DNA from: Bdellovibrionales bacterium
GTDB lineage: Bacteria; Bdellovibrionota; Bdellovibrionia; Bdellovibrionales; UBA1609
Direction: 5' to 3'
Length of the DNA stretch: 64,000 nt
NCBI GenBank assembly: GCA_965200875.1
Contig: OZ241456.1
Coordinates: 992,001 to 1,056,000, forward strand
This document shows positions 8,923-17,855 of this stretch, piece after piece; within the stretch, counting starts at the first letter, position 1, and the number at the start of each line of letters is the position of its first letter. Below the pieces are notes generated by a model that saw only the letters and a program-made list of their open reading frames with translations, was not told the origin of the DNA and searched no databases. A program made the position numbers and the translations under genes.

Positions 8923-9369
8923 ATGGTATTCAAAGTATTTAAAAAACAAAATATATTAAGCTCGATCGTGGAAGATGAAGAACCTTTGGCAAGATATATT
9001 TTTTCCAAGAGTCATTTTAGAAGAGCGAATGGCAGTATTAAATTTCAGGCTTTTATGCCTAACCTTAACCTTGTTAAGAAAACAGTTTCCGTAATCAGAC
9101 ATAAAGATTGTTCTGAAACTTGTCTTTTAAAAATAGGAAAAAATATGGCAACAAAAAGAGGTCACAGTTTAAAAGCTGTTTGTTCTCTATCTGCTAAAAA
9201 TGTGCGTTCTATAGATGGTTTGGATGTGGAGTCAGACACCAGCAGAGGACAGCACCGAAGGCATGCCAATATAATGGGCTTTAATAATTGGATTGATGCA
9301 AAAATCAGACAAATAGCCAAGGAGCTGGCTGAAAAAGCCGATTTATTAAATTTGTCTGATGAGCAATAG
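8923..9369 (+). CDS. Hypothetical protein, possibly ADP-ribosyltransferase-like fold
   Basis: 148-aa ORF with E-x-LARY, QAFMP, VSVIR, RHANI pattern; the fold call is inference. Confidence 0.65.
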   Translation: MVFKVFKKQNILSSIVEDEEPLARYIFSKSHFRRANGSIKFQAFMPNLNLVKKTVSVIRHKDCSETCLLKIGKNMATKRGHSLKAVCSLSAKNVRSIDGLDVESDTSRGQHRRHANIMGFNNWIDAKIRQIAKELAEKADLLNLSDEQ

Positions 9370-9432
9370 ATTATATAAGATGAATTGAAGTAATGTGAAC
9401 TAAAGCCTATAATCATATACTGGTTTATTGAT

Positions 9433-10380
9433 ATGGAAAATCTTACAAATCTCAAAGCTATATTGCATTCAAAACGTGCTAATATTTATTATTTGGAAAA
9501 ATGCCGGATAATGCAAAAAGATGGAAGAGTCTTATACTTAACTGAAGACAAACAAAACAAAAAATACTGGAATATTCCTATTGCTAATACCACTGTTATC
9601 CTTCTGGGAACTGGTACTTCCATTACTCAAGCCGCTGTTCGTATGCTGGTCAGTGCTGGAGTCATGATTGGATTTTGTGGAGGAGGAGGAACTCCTTTGC
9701 TGGCGGGCCATGAAATAGAGTGGCTTTCTCCTCAAAGTGAATATCGTCCTACGGAATACATGCAAGGCTGGATGTCTTTTTGGTTTAATGATTCCAAACG
9801 ATTAAATGTCGCTAAAATCATTCAGCTGAGTCGAGTAAAATTTATTAAAAAAGTTTGGGCCAATGATAAAGACTTAAAGGCAGAAGGATTTTATATTGAT
9901 GATATGGATTTCAGCTCAGCACTTAAGAAGTTTGAAACCACTATCTCCAAAGCAGATAGTGTAAGTAATTTACTGTTGATAGAGGGACAGATGGCTAAAG
10001 AGTTATATAAAGCTTCAGCAAAAAGAGTAAAACATAAAGAGTTTACCCGCGACCCTCAATCTGAAGATTTGGCAAATAATTTTTTAAATCATGGTAATTA
10101 TTTAGCCTACGGGTTAGCGGCAACGACTTTATGGGTGTTGGGTATTTCCCATAGTTTTGCGTTGATGCACGGAAAAACCCGGCGTGGTGCTTTGGTTTTT
10201 GATATTGCTGACTTAGTAAAGGATTCTTTGGTTCTTCCTTGGGCTTTCATTTGTGCGAAGGAAAAAATGAGCAATCAGGAATTTCGTCAACAATGTCTTC
10301 AGGCTTTTGCGCAACATAAAGCTCTTGATTATATGTTCAACAAAATTAAAGAAGTAGCTCTTCAGGATCATGGCTTATGA
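9433..10380 (+). CDS. cas1: Type I-F CRISPR-associated endonuclease Cas1
   Basis: ILHSKRANIYYLEKCR, WNIPIANTT, NNFLNHGNYLAYGLAA, HGKTRRGALVFDIADL. Confidence 0.98.
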   Translation: MENLTNLKAILHSKRANIYYLEKCRIMQKDGRVLYLTEDKQNKKYWNIPIANTTVILLGTGTSITQAAVRMLVSAGVMIGFCGGGGTPLLAGHEIEWLSPQSEYRPTEYMQGWMSFWFNDSKRLNVAKIIQLSRVKFIKKVWANDKDLKAEGFYIDDMDFSSALKKFETTISKADSVSNLLLIEGQMAKELYKASAKRVKHKEFTRDPQSEDLANNFLNHGNYLAYGLAATTLWVLGISHSFALMHGKTRRGALVFDIADLVKDSLVLPWAFICAKEKMSNQEFRQQCLQAFAQHKALDYMFNKIKEVALQDHGL

Positions 10381-13300
10381 TGGTTCTCTTTGTCTCTGAA
10401 TGTGAGAAAAATGCCATTAAAAAGACTTGCCGGGTATTGGATGCCTTTGCCAATAGAGTAGGTAGCAGAACATGGCAGACTGTGATTACAATGGAAGGAC
10501 TTTCAGCGGTGAAAACACTATTAAGCAAAACCGCTTCTAGGCATACTGCTGTTTCCTGTCATTGGATACGCCGGCGCAATTATTCTGAATTATTATGGAT
10601 AGTGGGCAATAAAAATAAATTTAATACACAAGGGGAAATTCCTGTAAATTTTACAGAGAAAGACATAATTAAACCAAAATGGGAAAATAACTGGCACTAT
10701 CTGCCTTTAATAAAAGCTCTGACAGCCCTTTCTGCTTTATTTCACGATTGGGGAAAAGCAAATCAGCATTTTCAGAATAAATTAAAAAATCCATCCAAGG
10801 TTGATCCGATACGTCATGAATGGGTTTCTTATATGCTTATAAATGCGTTTGTGCAAACAAGTGGTGATAATAAATCTGATGAAAAGTGGCTGACGGATTT
10901 GGCGAATGGAAAAATTGATGCAAGAAAAATCAAAGATATTTTAAAAAATAATACAGAACACTCCATTAACAAAACCCTACCCGGAGTGGCTGGTTTAATC
11001 AGCTGGGCTGTTATTACGCATCATAAACTGCCATATTTGCCTTTGGATAAAGCTAAAAATCATAGGGAGAATGAGCTAAAAAATATAAATACGCTTTTTG
11101 AAATTATATCAAAAAAATGGGGTTATATAAACCCAGTAGAGCAACAGGAACTTAAGTTTCCCAAAGGTTTTTTGGAAACTTCACCTTATTGGATAAAAAA
11201 ACTACAAAAGTGGGCCTTAAAAACAAAAAACTGTTTACCTTTATTGCAGGAATGTTTATCCAATGGAAGTTGGCCAGTTATTTTGCATTATACACGCTTG
11301 TCTCTAATGTTGGGGGATCACTTTTTTTCATCAAAAGACGCAAACGCAAAATGGCTAGGGAACGCTCAACTATATGCCAATACCAAAAATGTAAAAAATA
11401 AAAACACTAGGGAATATAAACAAAAATTGGATGAGCACCTAACAGGCGTTATGAAAGAAGCTTTAAATATTGCTCATGCGTTACCAAAGGTGGAGTCTCA
11501 ATTACAGAGCTTGCCTGCTCATAAAACCCACATACTAAAAAAGAAAAGTGCCAATAAGTTCAGATGGCAGGACAAAGTTGTGACTACTATAGAGAATTGG
11601 AAAGAAAACACAAATGTATTCAAAACAAATAATCAATATGGTTTTTTTGGCATCAATATAGCCAGCACAGGGACTGGTAAAACTTTTGCCAATGCAAAAA
11701 TTATGTTGTCTCTTTTACAAAATGAAAATGGTTTGCGGTATACTTTAGCACTTGGATTAAGAACACTAACATTGCAGACAGGTGACGAATATAGAAATCG
11801 ATTAAAGCTTGATAAAAATGATATAGCCGTGCAGATAGGCTCAAAAGCGATTATGGAATTACATGAACAAAAAACACAAACAAACATTAAACAAGAACTT
11901 GAAGAGAATATTAACCAAGGTTCAGAGTCCTTGGAAGAACTGTTGCAAGAAGAAATAGATTACGATGATAGCGAATTGGAACAAACAGCTTTTGCCATTG
12001 CTTTAAAAACTGAAAAACAAAAAAAGTTTCTTTATGCACCTGTTCTGGTATGCACTATTGATCTTATAATGTCTGCTACAGAAACCAAAAGAGGTGGGCG
12101 ATATATTCCACCTTGCCTGCGACTTATGTCCTCTGATTTGGTGATCGATGAAATTGATGATTTTAACCAAGGTGATTTAATTGCCATAGGGAGATTAATA
12201 TTCTTAACCGGAATGTTGGGGAGAAAAGTTTTGCTTTCATCTGCCACCATTCCCCCTGCATTGGCAGAAGGATACTTCAATGCTTATCAAAAAGGCTGGT
12301 TGTTGTTTTGTAAAACCAGACCAGCCAGTAAAATAGTGGCCTGCGCATGGGTTGATGAATTTGGAGCTAAGGTTGAAAATATTATTCCACCTTCTGGAAA
12401 TCAAAGTATATCATCTGCTGAAATGTATCGAGCACAACATAAACAATTTGTGGAAAAAAGAGTTAAAAAGCTTAAGACAAAACCTCCAAGAAGAAAAGGT
12501 GAAATCATACGAATTAAAAATATAGAAGTCTCTCAAAATAAGCCTGTTAATAAAGAGAAAAATAACACACCTAAAGAAGAAAAATATTTTCAGTGCATAA
12601 AATCTGCGATTTTAAATATGCATGAAAGACATAAATTCCAAGATAAACAATCACAAAAATCGATAAGCATCGGTTTGGTGCGAATGGCAAATATTAATCC
12701 TTGTATTAAGCTATCAAAGTACTTATTACAAACCAGTTTTTCAACAGACACAGCTATTAAAATAATGACCTACCACAGCCGGCAAATAATGCTGTTACGA
12801 AGTGAACAGGAAAAATATTTGGATGGTATTTTAAAAAACAGAGGTGAAAGTTTAAAAGATCCCGTTATCCGCAAGCACATTGATAACACAAGTGCTGACA
12901 ATATAATATTTGTTGTTTTATCCACTCCGGTCGAAGAGGTGGGGCGCGACCATGATTTTGACTGGGCTGTTGTGGAGCCTTCCTCTCTTAGATCTATTAT
13001 CCAATTAGCAGGACGAGTCAGAAGACACCGAGAAGGTGCTGTTCAATCTGCAAATGTGGCTATTATGCAATATAATCTTAAAGCCATTCAGCAAGGCAAT
13101 ACCCAGCCAGTTTATTGTCGACCAGGTTATGAAAGTGCAAAATTCAAACTGGAAACCCATAATTTAACAAAGCTATTGGATGAAAAAGAAATAGCCAATC
13201 GAATAGATGCTGTTCCACGTATTCAACAACCCGAAAAATTGATTGATTGGAAACAGAGTCTGGCGGAACTGGAACATAAAGTTATTGGTCATTTCCTTAC

Positions 13301-13703
13301 CAACTATACACAAAACGGCCCCGACAGTTTACAAGGTTATATTGAACAGTATTGGCATTTAACAGCTTTGCCTCAAATTCTCAGTCCTTTTAGAAAACAA
13401 CAACCCAGCATCAACCTCTACCTTATACATGAAAATGATGACTTTTATTTTGCCGAGAAAGATAATCGAGGCCACCCAGTAGAAAAAAGTGATATTTATA
13501 AAATAACATATCAGCCTGAAGACACTAATAACCGATTTTGGCTGAACAGAAATTATAAAAAATGCTTAAAAAAACAGGCTGAAAACCAAAACCTTGATCT
13601 AAAAAGTGTTTCATTACGATACGGTGAACTAAGCTTACTGGAAAAAGATGTGTCTCGTGATAAAAAATATCTTGACCAGTTTGGATTGATATATTCAGAT
13701 TAA
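10377..13703 (+). CDS. cas3: Type I-F Cas2-Cas3 fusion (HD nuclease/helicase)
   Basis: Cas2-like N-terminus (MMVLFVSECEK...RTWQTVITMEGL), HDWGK, ASTGTGKT, DEIDDF, IIQLAGRVRRHR. Confidence 0.97.
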   Translation: MMVLFVSECEKNAIKKTCRVLDAFANRVGSRTWQTVITMEGLSAVKTLLSKTASRHTAVSCHWIRRRNYSELLWIVGNKNKFNTQGEIPVNFTEKDIIKPKWENNWHYLPLIKALTALSALFHDWGKANQHFQNKLKNPSKVDPIRHEWVSYMLINAFVQTSGDNKSDEKWLTDLANGKIDARKIKDILKNNTEHSINKTLPGVAGLISWAVITHHKLPYLPLDKAKNHRENELKNINTLFEIISKKWGYINPVEQQELKFPKGFLETSPYWIKKLQKWALKTKNCLPLLQECLSNGSWPVILHYTRLSLMLGDHFFSSKDANAKWLGNAQLYANTKNVKNKNTREYKQKLDEHLTGVMKEALNIAHALPKVESQLQSLPAHKTHILKKKSANKFRWQDKVVTTIENWKENTNVFKTNNQYGFFGINIASTGTGKTFANAKIMLSLLQNENGLRYTLALGLRTLTLQTGDEYRNRLKLDKNDIAVQIGSKAIMELHEQKTQTNIKQELEENINQGSESLEELLQEEIDYDDSELEQTAFAIALKTEKQKKFLYAPVLVCTIDLIMSATETKRGGRYIPPCLRLMSSDLVIDEIDDFNQGDLIAIGRLIFLTGMLGRKVLLSSATIPPALAEGYFNAYQKGWLLFCKTRPASKIVACAWVDEFGAKVENIIPPSGNQSISSAEMYRAQHKQFVEKRVKKLKTKPPRRKGEIIRIKNIEVSQNKPVNKEKNNTPKEEKYFQCIKSAILNMHERHKFQDKQSQKSISIGLVRMANINPCIKLSKYLLQTSFSTDTAIKIMTYHSRQIMLLRSEQEKYLDGILKNRGESLKDPVIRKHIDNTSADNIIFVVLSTPVEEVGRDHDFDWAVVEPSSLRSIIQLAGRVRRHREGAVQSANVAIMQYNLKAIQQGNTQPVYCRPGYESAKFKLETHNLTKLLDEKEIANRIDAVPRIQQPEKLIDWKQSLAELEHKVIGHFLTNYTQNGPDSLQGYIEQYWHLTALPQILSPFRKQQPSINLYLIHENDDFYFAEKDNRGHPVEKSDIYKITYQPEDTNNRFWLNRNYKKCLKKQAENQNLDLKSVSLRYGELSLLEKDVSRDKKYLDQFGLIYSD

Positions 13704-13739
13704 GTTTTCGTTGTATTTGATATCGCTTTGGAGTTTGTT

Positions 13740-15044
13740 TTGGATAAAAATATAATAGATTTTGTCAAAGATTTTAAGGATAAGAACCTTGAAAAGTATT
13801 TAAAAAAAGCTCTTAATGGCGCAAATAAAAAAGTAGAAGGATTTGCAGAGCACTTGGAAGATTTTAAAAAGGCTCTGAATGGCCTCAATAAAAAAGAGGC
13901 AGAAGAGCTTTTTTTCTCTGTTTTAAAATATTGGCTAATGGAAAAAAGTCAACTGGCAAAACATTGTAAAAGAGCCAGCCATATTGGAAAATTTACGCAT
14001 CCGGATGCAGATCAAAAATCAGCTGTATTCTTTACAGGTAACAAAAATGTGGATGGTTTTCTGAGAACTGGAAATATAAACACAAAGCTGGATTTTGTGA
14101 GCAGTGCCACTTATGCGAGACTGACAAAGTTTTTAAGCCTGCCTTTAAAAAATCAACAGAACAACAGTATTCTGGAACATTTGGAAAAAAACAGCGAGTA
14201 CATTCAGAATCAGTTTTCATTCTTGAGCGAAACTGAGTACAAAAATATCAGAGAAAACCTGTTAAAGTCCACAAAAACTGATGATGAAATCACTGGCAGT
14301 GAAATCAAACAGGTATATTTTCCTGTTGATAACAGCTATCATTTACTATCTATCCTTACCCCTTCCGGGATTCTCTTAGCTTTAAAAGAAAAAATAAAGG
14401 ATATGCAAATTTCACCGGAATCGAAAAAAGCTAAAGAAGCTAAAAAGAAAGCAGAACAAAGTGAAACCGGCTTTTCTGATATTTACGATCTTACTCTAAT
14501 ATCTTACGGTGGCAGTAATGCACAAAACATAAGTGCTTTATTAGCTCCAAAGCTTAAAAACTCTTATCTGCTATCAAGTATTCCTCCACAAACACATAAG
14601 AAAAAAATCAGATTACCAAAATATGACTTTTTTAAAGATAGCCTCTACATAAAAGGTTTTAAGGATATTTTTCATAGTTTTCATAAACTGCAACAAGCTG
14701 ACTGGAATAATCAAAAAATACGGACAACTCGTGATAATACGATAAAATTTTTTTTGGATCAAGTAGTGGATAGTATGTGGCTTCTGCGTAAAGAAGAACT
14801 AGGCTGGAGTGCTTCCAGAAATAAGTTACCTCTTTATCAAAAAAAATGGCTTGATAATTATTATAAATCAGAAAGAGAATCATCGGCATTTGATAGCAAC
14901 ATGGATAAAGTGATTGACGATATTGCACGAAACTTCATTTTTTCTTACGAGAAAGCCCTTGGCAAAAACAAAATATCTTTGAGTGACCAAATGTTAAAAC
15001 ACATTAAAAATACAATAGAAACCAACAAAGAATCTTTAAGGTAA
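13740..15044 (+). CDS. csy1: Type I-F Cas8f/Csy1
   Basis: SHIGKFTHPDA, KQVYFPV, YHLLSILTPS, YGGSNAQNIS; probable TTG start at 13740 after GGAG. Confidence 0.93.
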   Translation: MDKNIIDFVKDFKDKNLEKYLKKALNGANKKVEGFAEHLEDFKKALNGLNKKEAEELFFSVLKYWLMEKSQLAKHCKRASHIGKFTHPDADQKSAVFFTGNKNVDGFLRTGNINTKLDFVSSATYARLTKFLSLPLKNQQNNSILEHLEKNSEYIQNQFSFLSETEYKNIRENLLKSTKTDDEITGSEIKQVYFPVDNSYHLLSILTPSGILLALKEKIKDMQISPESKKAKEAKKKAEQSETGFSDIYDLTLISYGGSNAQNISALLAPKLKNSYLLSSIPPQTHKKKIRLPKYDFFKDSLYIKGFKDIFHSFHKLQQADWNNQKIRTTRDNTIKFFLDQVVDSMWLLRKEELGWSASRNKLPLYQKKWLDNYYKSERESSAFDSNMDKVIDDIARNFIFSYEKALGKNKISLSDQMLKHIKNTIETNKESLR

Positions 15045-15050
15045 ATTATT

Positions 15051-15983
15051 ATGCTTAGACATTTCATTCTCATAAAAAATATTAAAGTCCAAAAAGCTAA
15101 TGCGCTTTCCAGCCCTTACACAATTGGGTTTCCGGCTATTACCTCTTGGCTGGGGGCGGTTCATGCTCTTCAAAGATATGTAAAAACCAGCCATGAAAAC
15201 TTATCTGAAGTAAAGTTTAAAGCTGTAGGAATCACATGCCATAAATTTCACTTAAACATCTTTAAGGAAAATTATGATAATAATATTATTTTATCAAAAA
15301 ATCCTCCAGCTACGAGAAAAGATGAAAAGTTTGTTAAGAACGAAAAGTCTCAAAACAAAGCTTTCATACCATTAGCCACTTGTGACTTAGATTGTTCTCT
15401 TCTGATTGAACATAACATACAAAATAATAACTGGCCTTTCCTGCGTGAGGCTGTGAATAAAAGCTTGCACGCTAAAATAAAGATAGCTGGAGGTGATATT
15501 CTATCTTTCGAAAAAGTGAATGAAGATGAAATGTTTTTAATAGATGAGCATGACGAATCGGAATTGCGAAAGTTAACCCGAAAGCTTATGCCAAGCTATC
15601 TCATTAAAGAGCGCAGGGACTTAATGATTGATTCCATGAAAGAAAATAATTCTGTTGATGCTATTGACGCTTTGTTAGATCATCTCAAAGTTACGCACTC
15701 TTCCGAGAAAGACAACGAAGGGAATATATACTGGGAGCAAAATCGAAAAGAGCTAGGGTGGATTGTACCTATTGCAACTGGTTTTCAAGGTATTACTGAA
15801 ATTAAAAAAGTAAAGGGACAAAGAGATTTTAATGTTCCTCATCGCTTTGCGGAATCTATTGTCACACTGGGTGAGTTTATCATGCCATATCGCATTCAAC
15901 ATCTGGATGAAATGCTATGGCATTACTGTGTTAACCCGGATAGTAATTTATATATTTGTCAACAAAAAAATAATAACAATTAA
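15051..15983 (+). CDS. csy2: Type I-F Cas5f/Csy2
   Basis: ANALSSPYTIGFPAITSWLGAVHALQR, IAGG, GWIVPIATGFQ, HRFAES. Confidence 0.95.
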   Translation: MLRHFILIKNIKVQKANALSSPYTIGFPAITSWLGAVHALQRYVKTSHENLSEVKFKAVGITCHKFHLNIFKENYDNNIILSKNPPATRKDEKFVKNEKSQNKAFIPLATCDLDCSLLIEHNIQNNNWPFLREAVNKSLHAKIKIAGGDILSFEKVNEDEMFLIDEHDESELRKLTRKLMPSYLIKERRDLMIDSMKENNSVDAIDALLDHLKVTHSSEKDNEGNIYWEQNRKELGWIVPIATGFQGITEIKKVKGQRDFNVPHRFAESIVTLGEFIMPYRIQHLDEMLWHYCVNPDSNLYICQQKNNNN

Positions 15984-15994
15984 GGAGGAACAAA

Positions 15995-17080
15995 ATGAAA
16001 AAAATGAAAAAAAATGGACCACCATCTGTATTGGCATTTGAAAAAAACCTAGTGCCTTCAGATGGATTTTTTTATGGAGTAAGTTGGGACAACAGGCATA
16101 ATACGGAAAAATCCAAACCTTTAAAAGTAACAGAGAAAGCTGTAAGAGGCACTATCTCACACAGAATAAATAGCACAAAACAAGAAAAATTGTCTGCTGA
16201 TATTCAAAATCCCAACCTTCAAACAGTTGATGTTTGTCACTTGGGTTTGGAGCAGGACACTTTAAAGTTGGCATTTACCCTTAAAGTGTTGGGAGGCATA
16301 GAAAAACCCTCTGCTTGCAACAACCCTGACTTTGCTCAAAAATGTACTAAAGCCCTTAAAAAATATACTGGAGAATACGGCTTTTTAAAATTAGCTAATC
16401 GCTATGCGCATAATTTAACTTGTGGCAGGTTTTTATGGAGAAATCGAGTTGGTGCTGAAAAAATTGAAGTTCGTATAAAAGTGCTTGGTTCATCCGAAGC
16501 TGAAAGTGATAACATCTCTGAAGAATGGATTGTATTTTCTGCACAGGAAATGGATATGAATGATTTTGATTCAAGCGCGCAAGATGAAAACTTAAAAAAA
16601 ATATCTGAAAAAATTGCCAAAGCCTTTTCCGGTGACAGAAATTTTCTGTTGTTGGAAGTGGAAGCTTATGTGCTATTAGGTAGTAAACAGGAAGTATACC
16701 CAAGTGAAGAATTGGTATTGGAGGACAAAAAAATCTCTAAAAGCTCAAAAAGCAAAGTATTATATTCTGTTGATGAGATTGCCGCCATGCACTCACAAAA
16801 AATTGGAAATGCTTTGCGAACCATTGATACATGGTATCCTGAATTTAATGAACATCAAGTTGGACCTATTGCTATAGAACCGTATGGAGCGGTGACTAAC
16901 TTGGGTAAAGCTTACCGGAATCCCAAAGAAAAATGTGATTTCTACAGCCTGTTTGATAAATGGATATTAACAGATGATAATCTATCAGAAGAAGAGCAAC
17001 ACTATGTGATTGCCGTGCTAATACGAGGTGGTGTTTTCGGAAAAGCATCTGATGACAAAAAATCAAAAGGAGAAGAATAA
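15995..17080 (+). CDS. csy3: Type I-F Cas7f/Csy3
   Basis: SVLAFEK, EKAVRGTIS, PNLQTVD, FLWRNR, QEVYPSEE, HSQKIGNALRTIDTWY, LIRGGVFG. Confidence 0.97.
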   Translation: MKKMKKNGPPSVLAFEKNLVPSDGFFYGVSWDNRHNTEKSKPLKVTEKAVRGTISHRINSTKQEKLSADIQNPNLQTVDVCHLGLEQDTLKLAFTLKVLGGIEKPSACNNPDFAQKCTKALKKYTGEYGFLKLANRYAHNLTCGRFLWRNRVGAEKIEVRIKVLGSSEAESDNISEEWIVFSAQEMDMNDFDSSAQDENLKKISEKIAKAFSGDRNFLLLEVEAYVLLGSKQEVYPSEELVLEDKKISKSSKSKVLYSVDEIAAMHSQKIGNALRTIDTWYPEFNEHQVGPIAIEPYGAVTNLGKAYRNPKEKCDFYSLFDKWILTDDNLSEEEQHYVIAVLIRGGVFGKASDDKKSKGEE

Positions 17081-17661
17081 TGAAGAACTATCAGGAAATC
17101 ACCTTACGCCCGGATACTGAGATTAACAAATATTTCTTGTGGCAAAAGGTATTCAAAAAAGTGCATTTAAGATTTGTGGACTTAAAAGATGATAATGGGA
17201 TGATCAGCATTGGTATTGGTTTTCCAGAATACCAATATAATGATCAAGTAGTGTGCCTTGGGGAAAAATTAAGATTATTTGCCTTGGATGAAGACACATT
17301 AAACAATTGCAATATACAAAAAATCTTGAGTCATTTTTCTGATTATATTCATTGGACAGGCACTCGTGAAGTGCCTGAAAAATGTAGCCATGCCATATAC
17401 TTGAGACAACAGCCTCAGTCCAGCATGCTCAGAACAGCTCGGCGAAAAGCCAAACGAGAGGGCCTTTCGTATGATGAAGCTTTAAAGAAACTAAAAGGTT
17501 TTAATGAGCAAAAAATAAAAGCACCATATATTAATATTAAAAGCCACAGTTCAGGACATCAATTTCGATTGTTTATTGTTAAAAAAACAGTGTCGCAAGC
17601 TGTAACAGGACTATTTAATTGCTATGGGCTGAGTACTCAATCAACAGTTCCTGAGTTTTGA
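17080..17661 (+). CDS. cas6f: Type I-F Cas6f/Csy4 endoribonuclease
   Basis: YQEITL, VH, FPEY, LGEKLRLFA, FRLFI, FNCYGLS...TVPEF. Confidence 0.95.
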   Translation: MKNYQEITLRPDTEINKYFLWQKVFKKVHLRFVDLKDDNGMISIGIGFPEYQYNDQVVCLGEKLRLFALDEDTLNNCNIQKILSHFSDYIHWTGTREVPEKCSHAIYLRQQPQSSMLRTARRKAKREGLSYDEALKKLKGFNEQKIKAPYINIKSHSSGHQFRLFIVKKTVSQAVTGLFNCYGLSTQSTVPEF

Positions 17662-17734
17662 CCTTTATTCAACCGGATTCCCGTCCAGATCATCTTTACG
17701 GATCAACAGTTTCTGAGTTTTGACCTTTATTCAA
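17640..17734 (+). repeat. 33-bp direct repeat (17640-17672, 17702-17734; 1 mismatch) around a 29-bp insert at the cas6f end/leader
   Basis: ATCAACAGTT(C/T)CTGAGTTTTGACCTTTATTCAA occurs twice. Confidence 0.9.
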
Positions 17735-17855
17735 TCTCTCTATTTTTTAGATCAATAAAATCAAGCACTTACAAAAGTTTATAAAACACAAGGTTATTTT
17801 AAGAATAATTAATGTAAATTACTGTTATCTTTGATAAAATGTATTATCAAGGTCT
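17662..17855 (+). promoter_or_regulatory. CRISPR leader with IHF consensus site (AATCAAGCACTTA, 17759-17771) and a second IHF-like element (TAAATTACTGTTAT, ~17815-17828)
   Basis: AT-rich stretch between cas6f and repeat 1; WATCAANNNNTTR match flanked by ACCTT...AAGGT inverted motifs, as known for I-F leaders. Confidence 0.8.
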
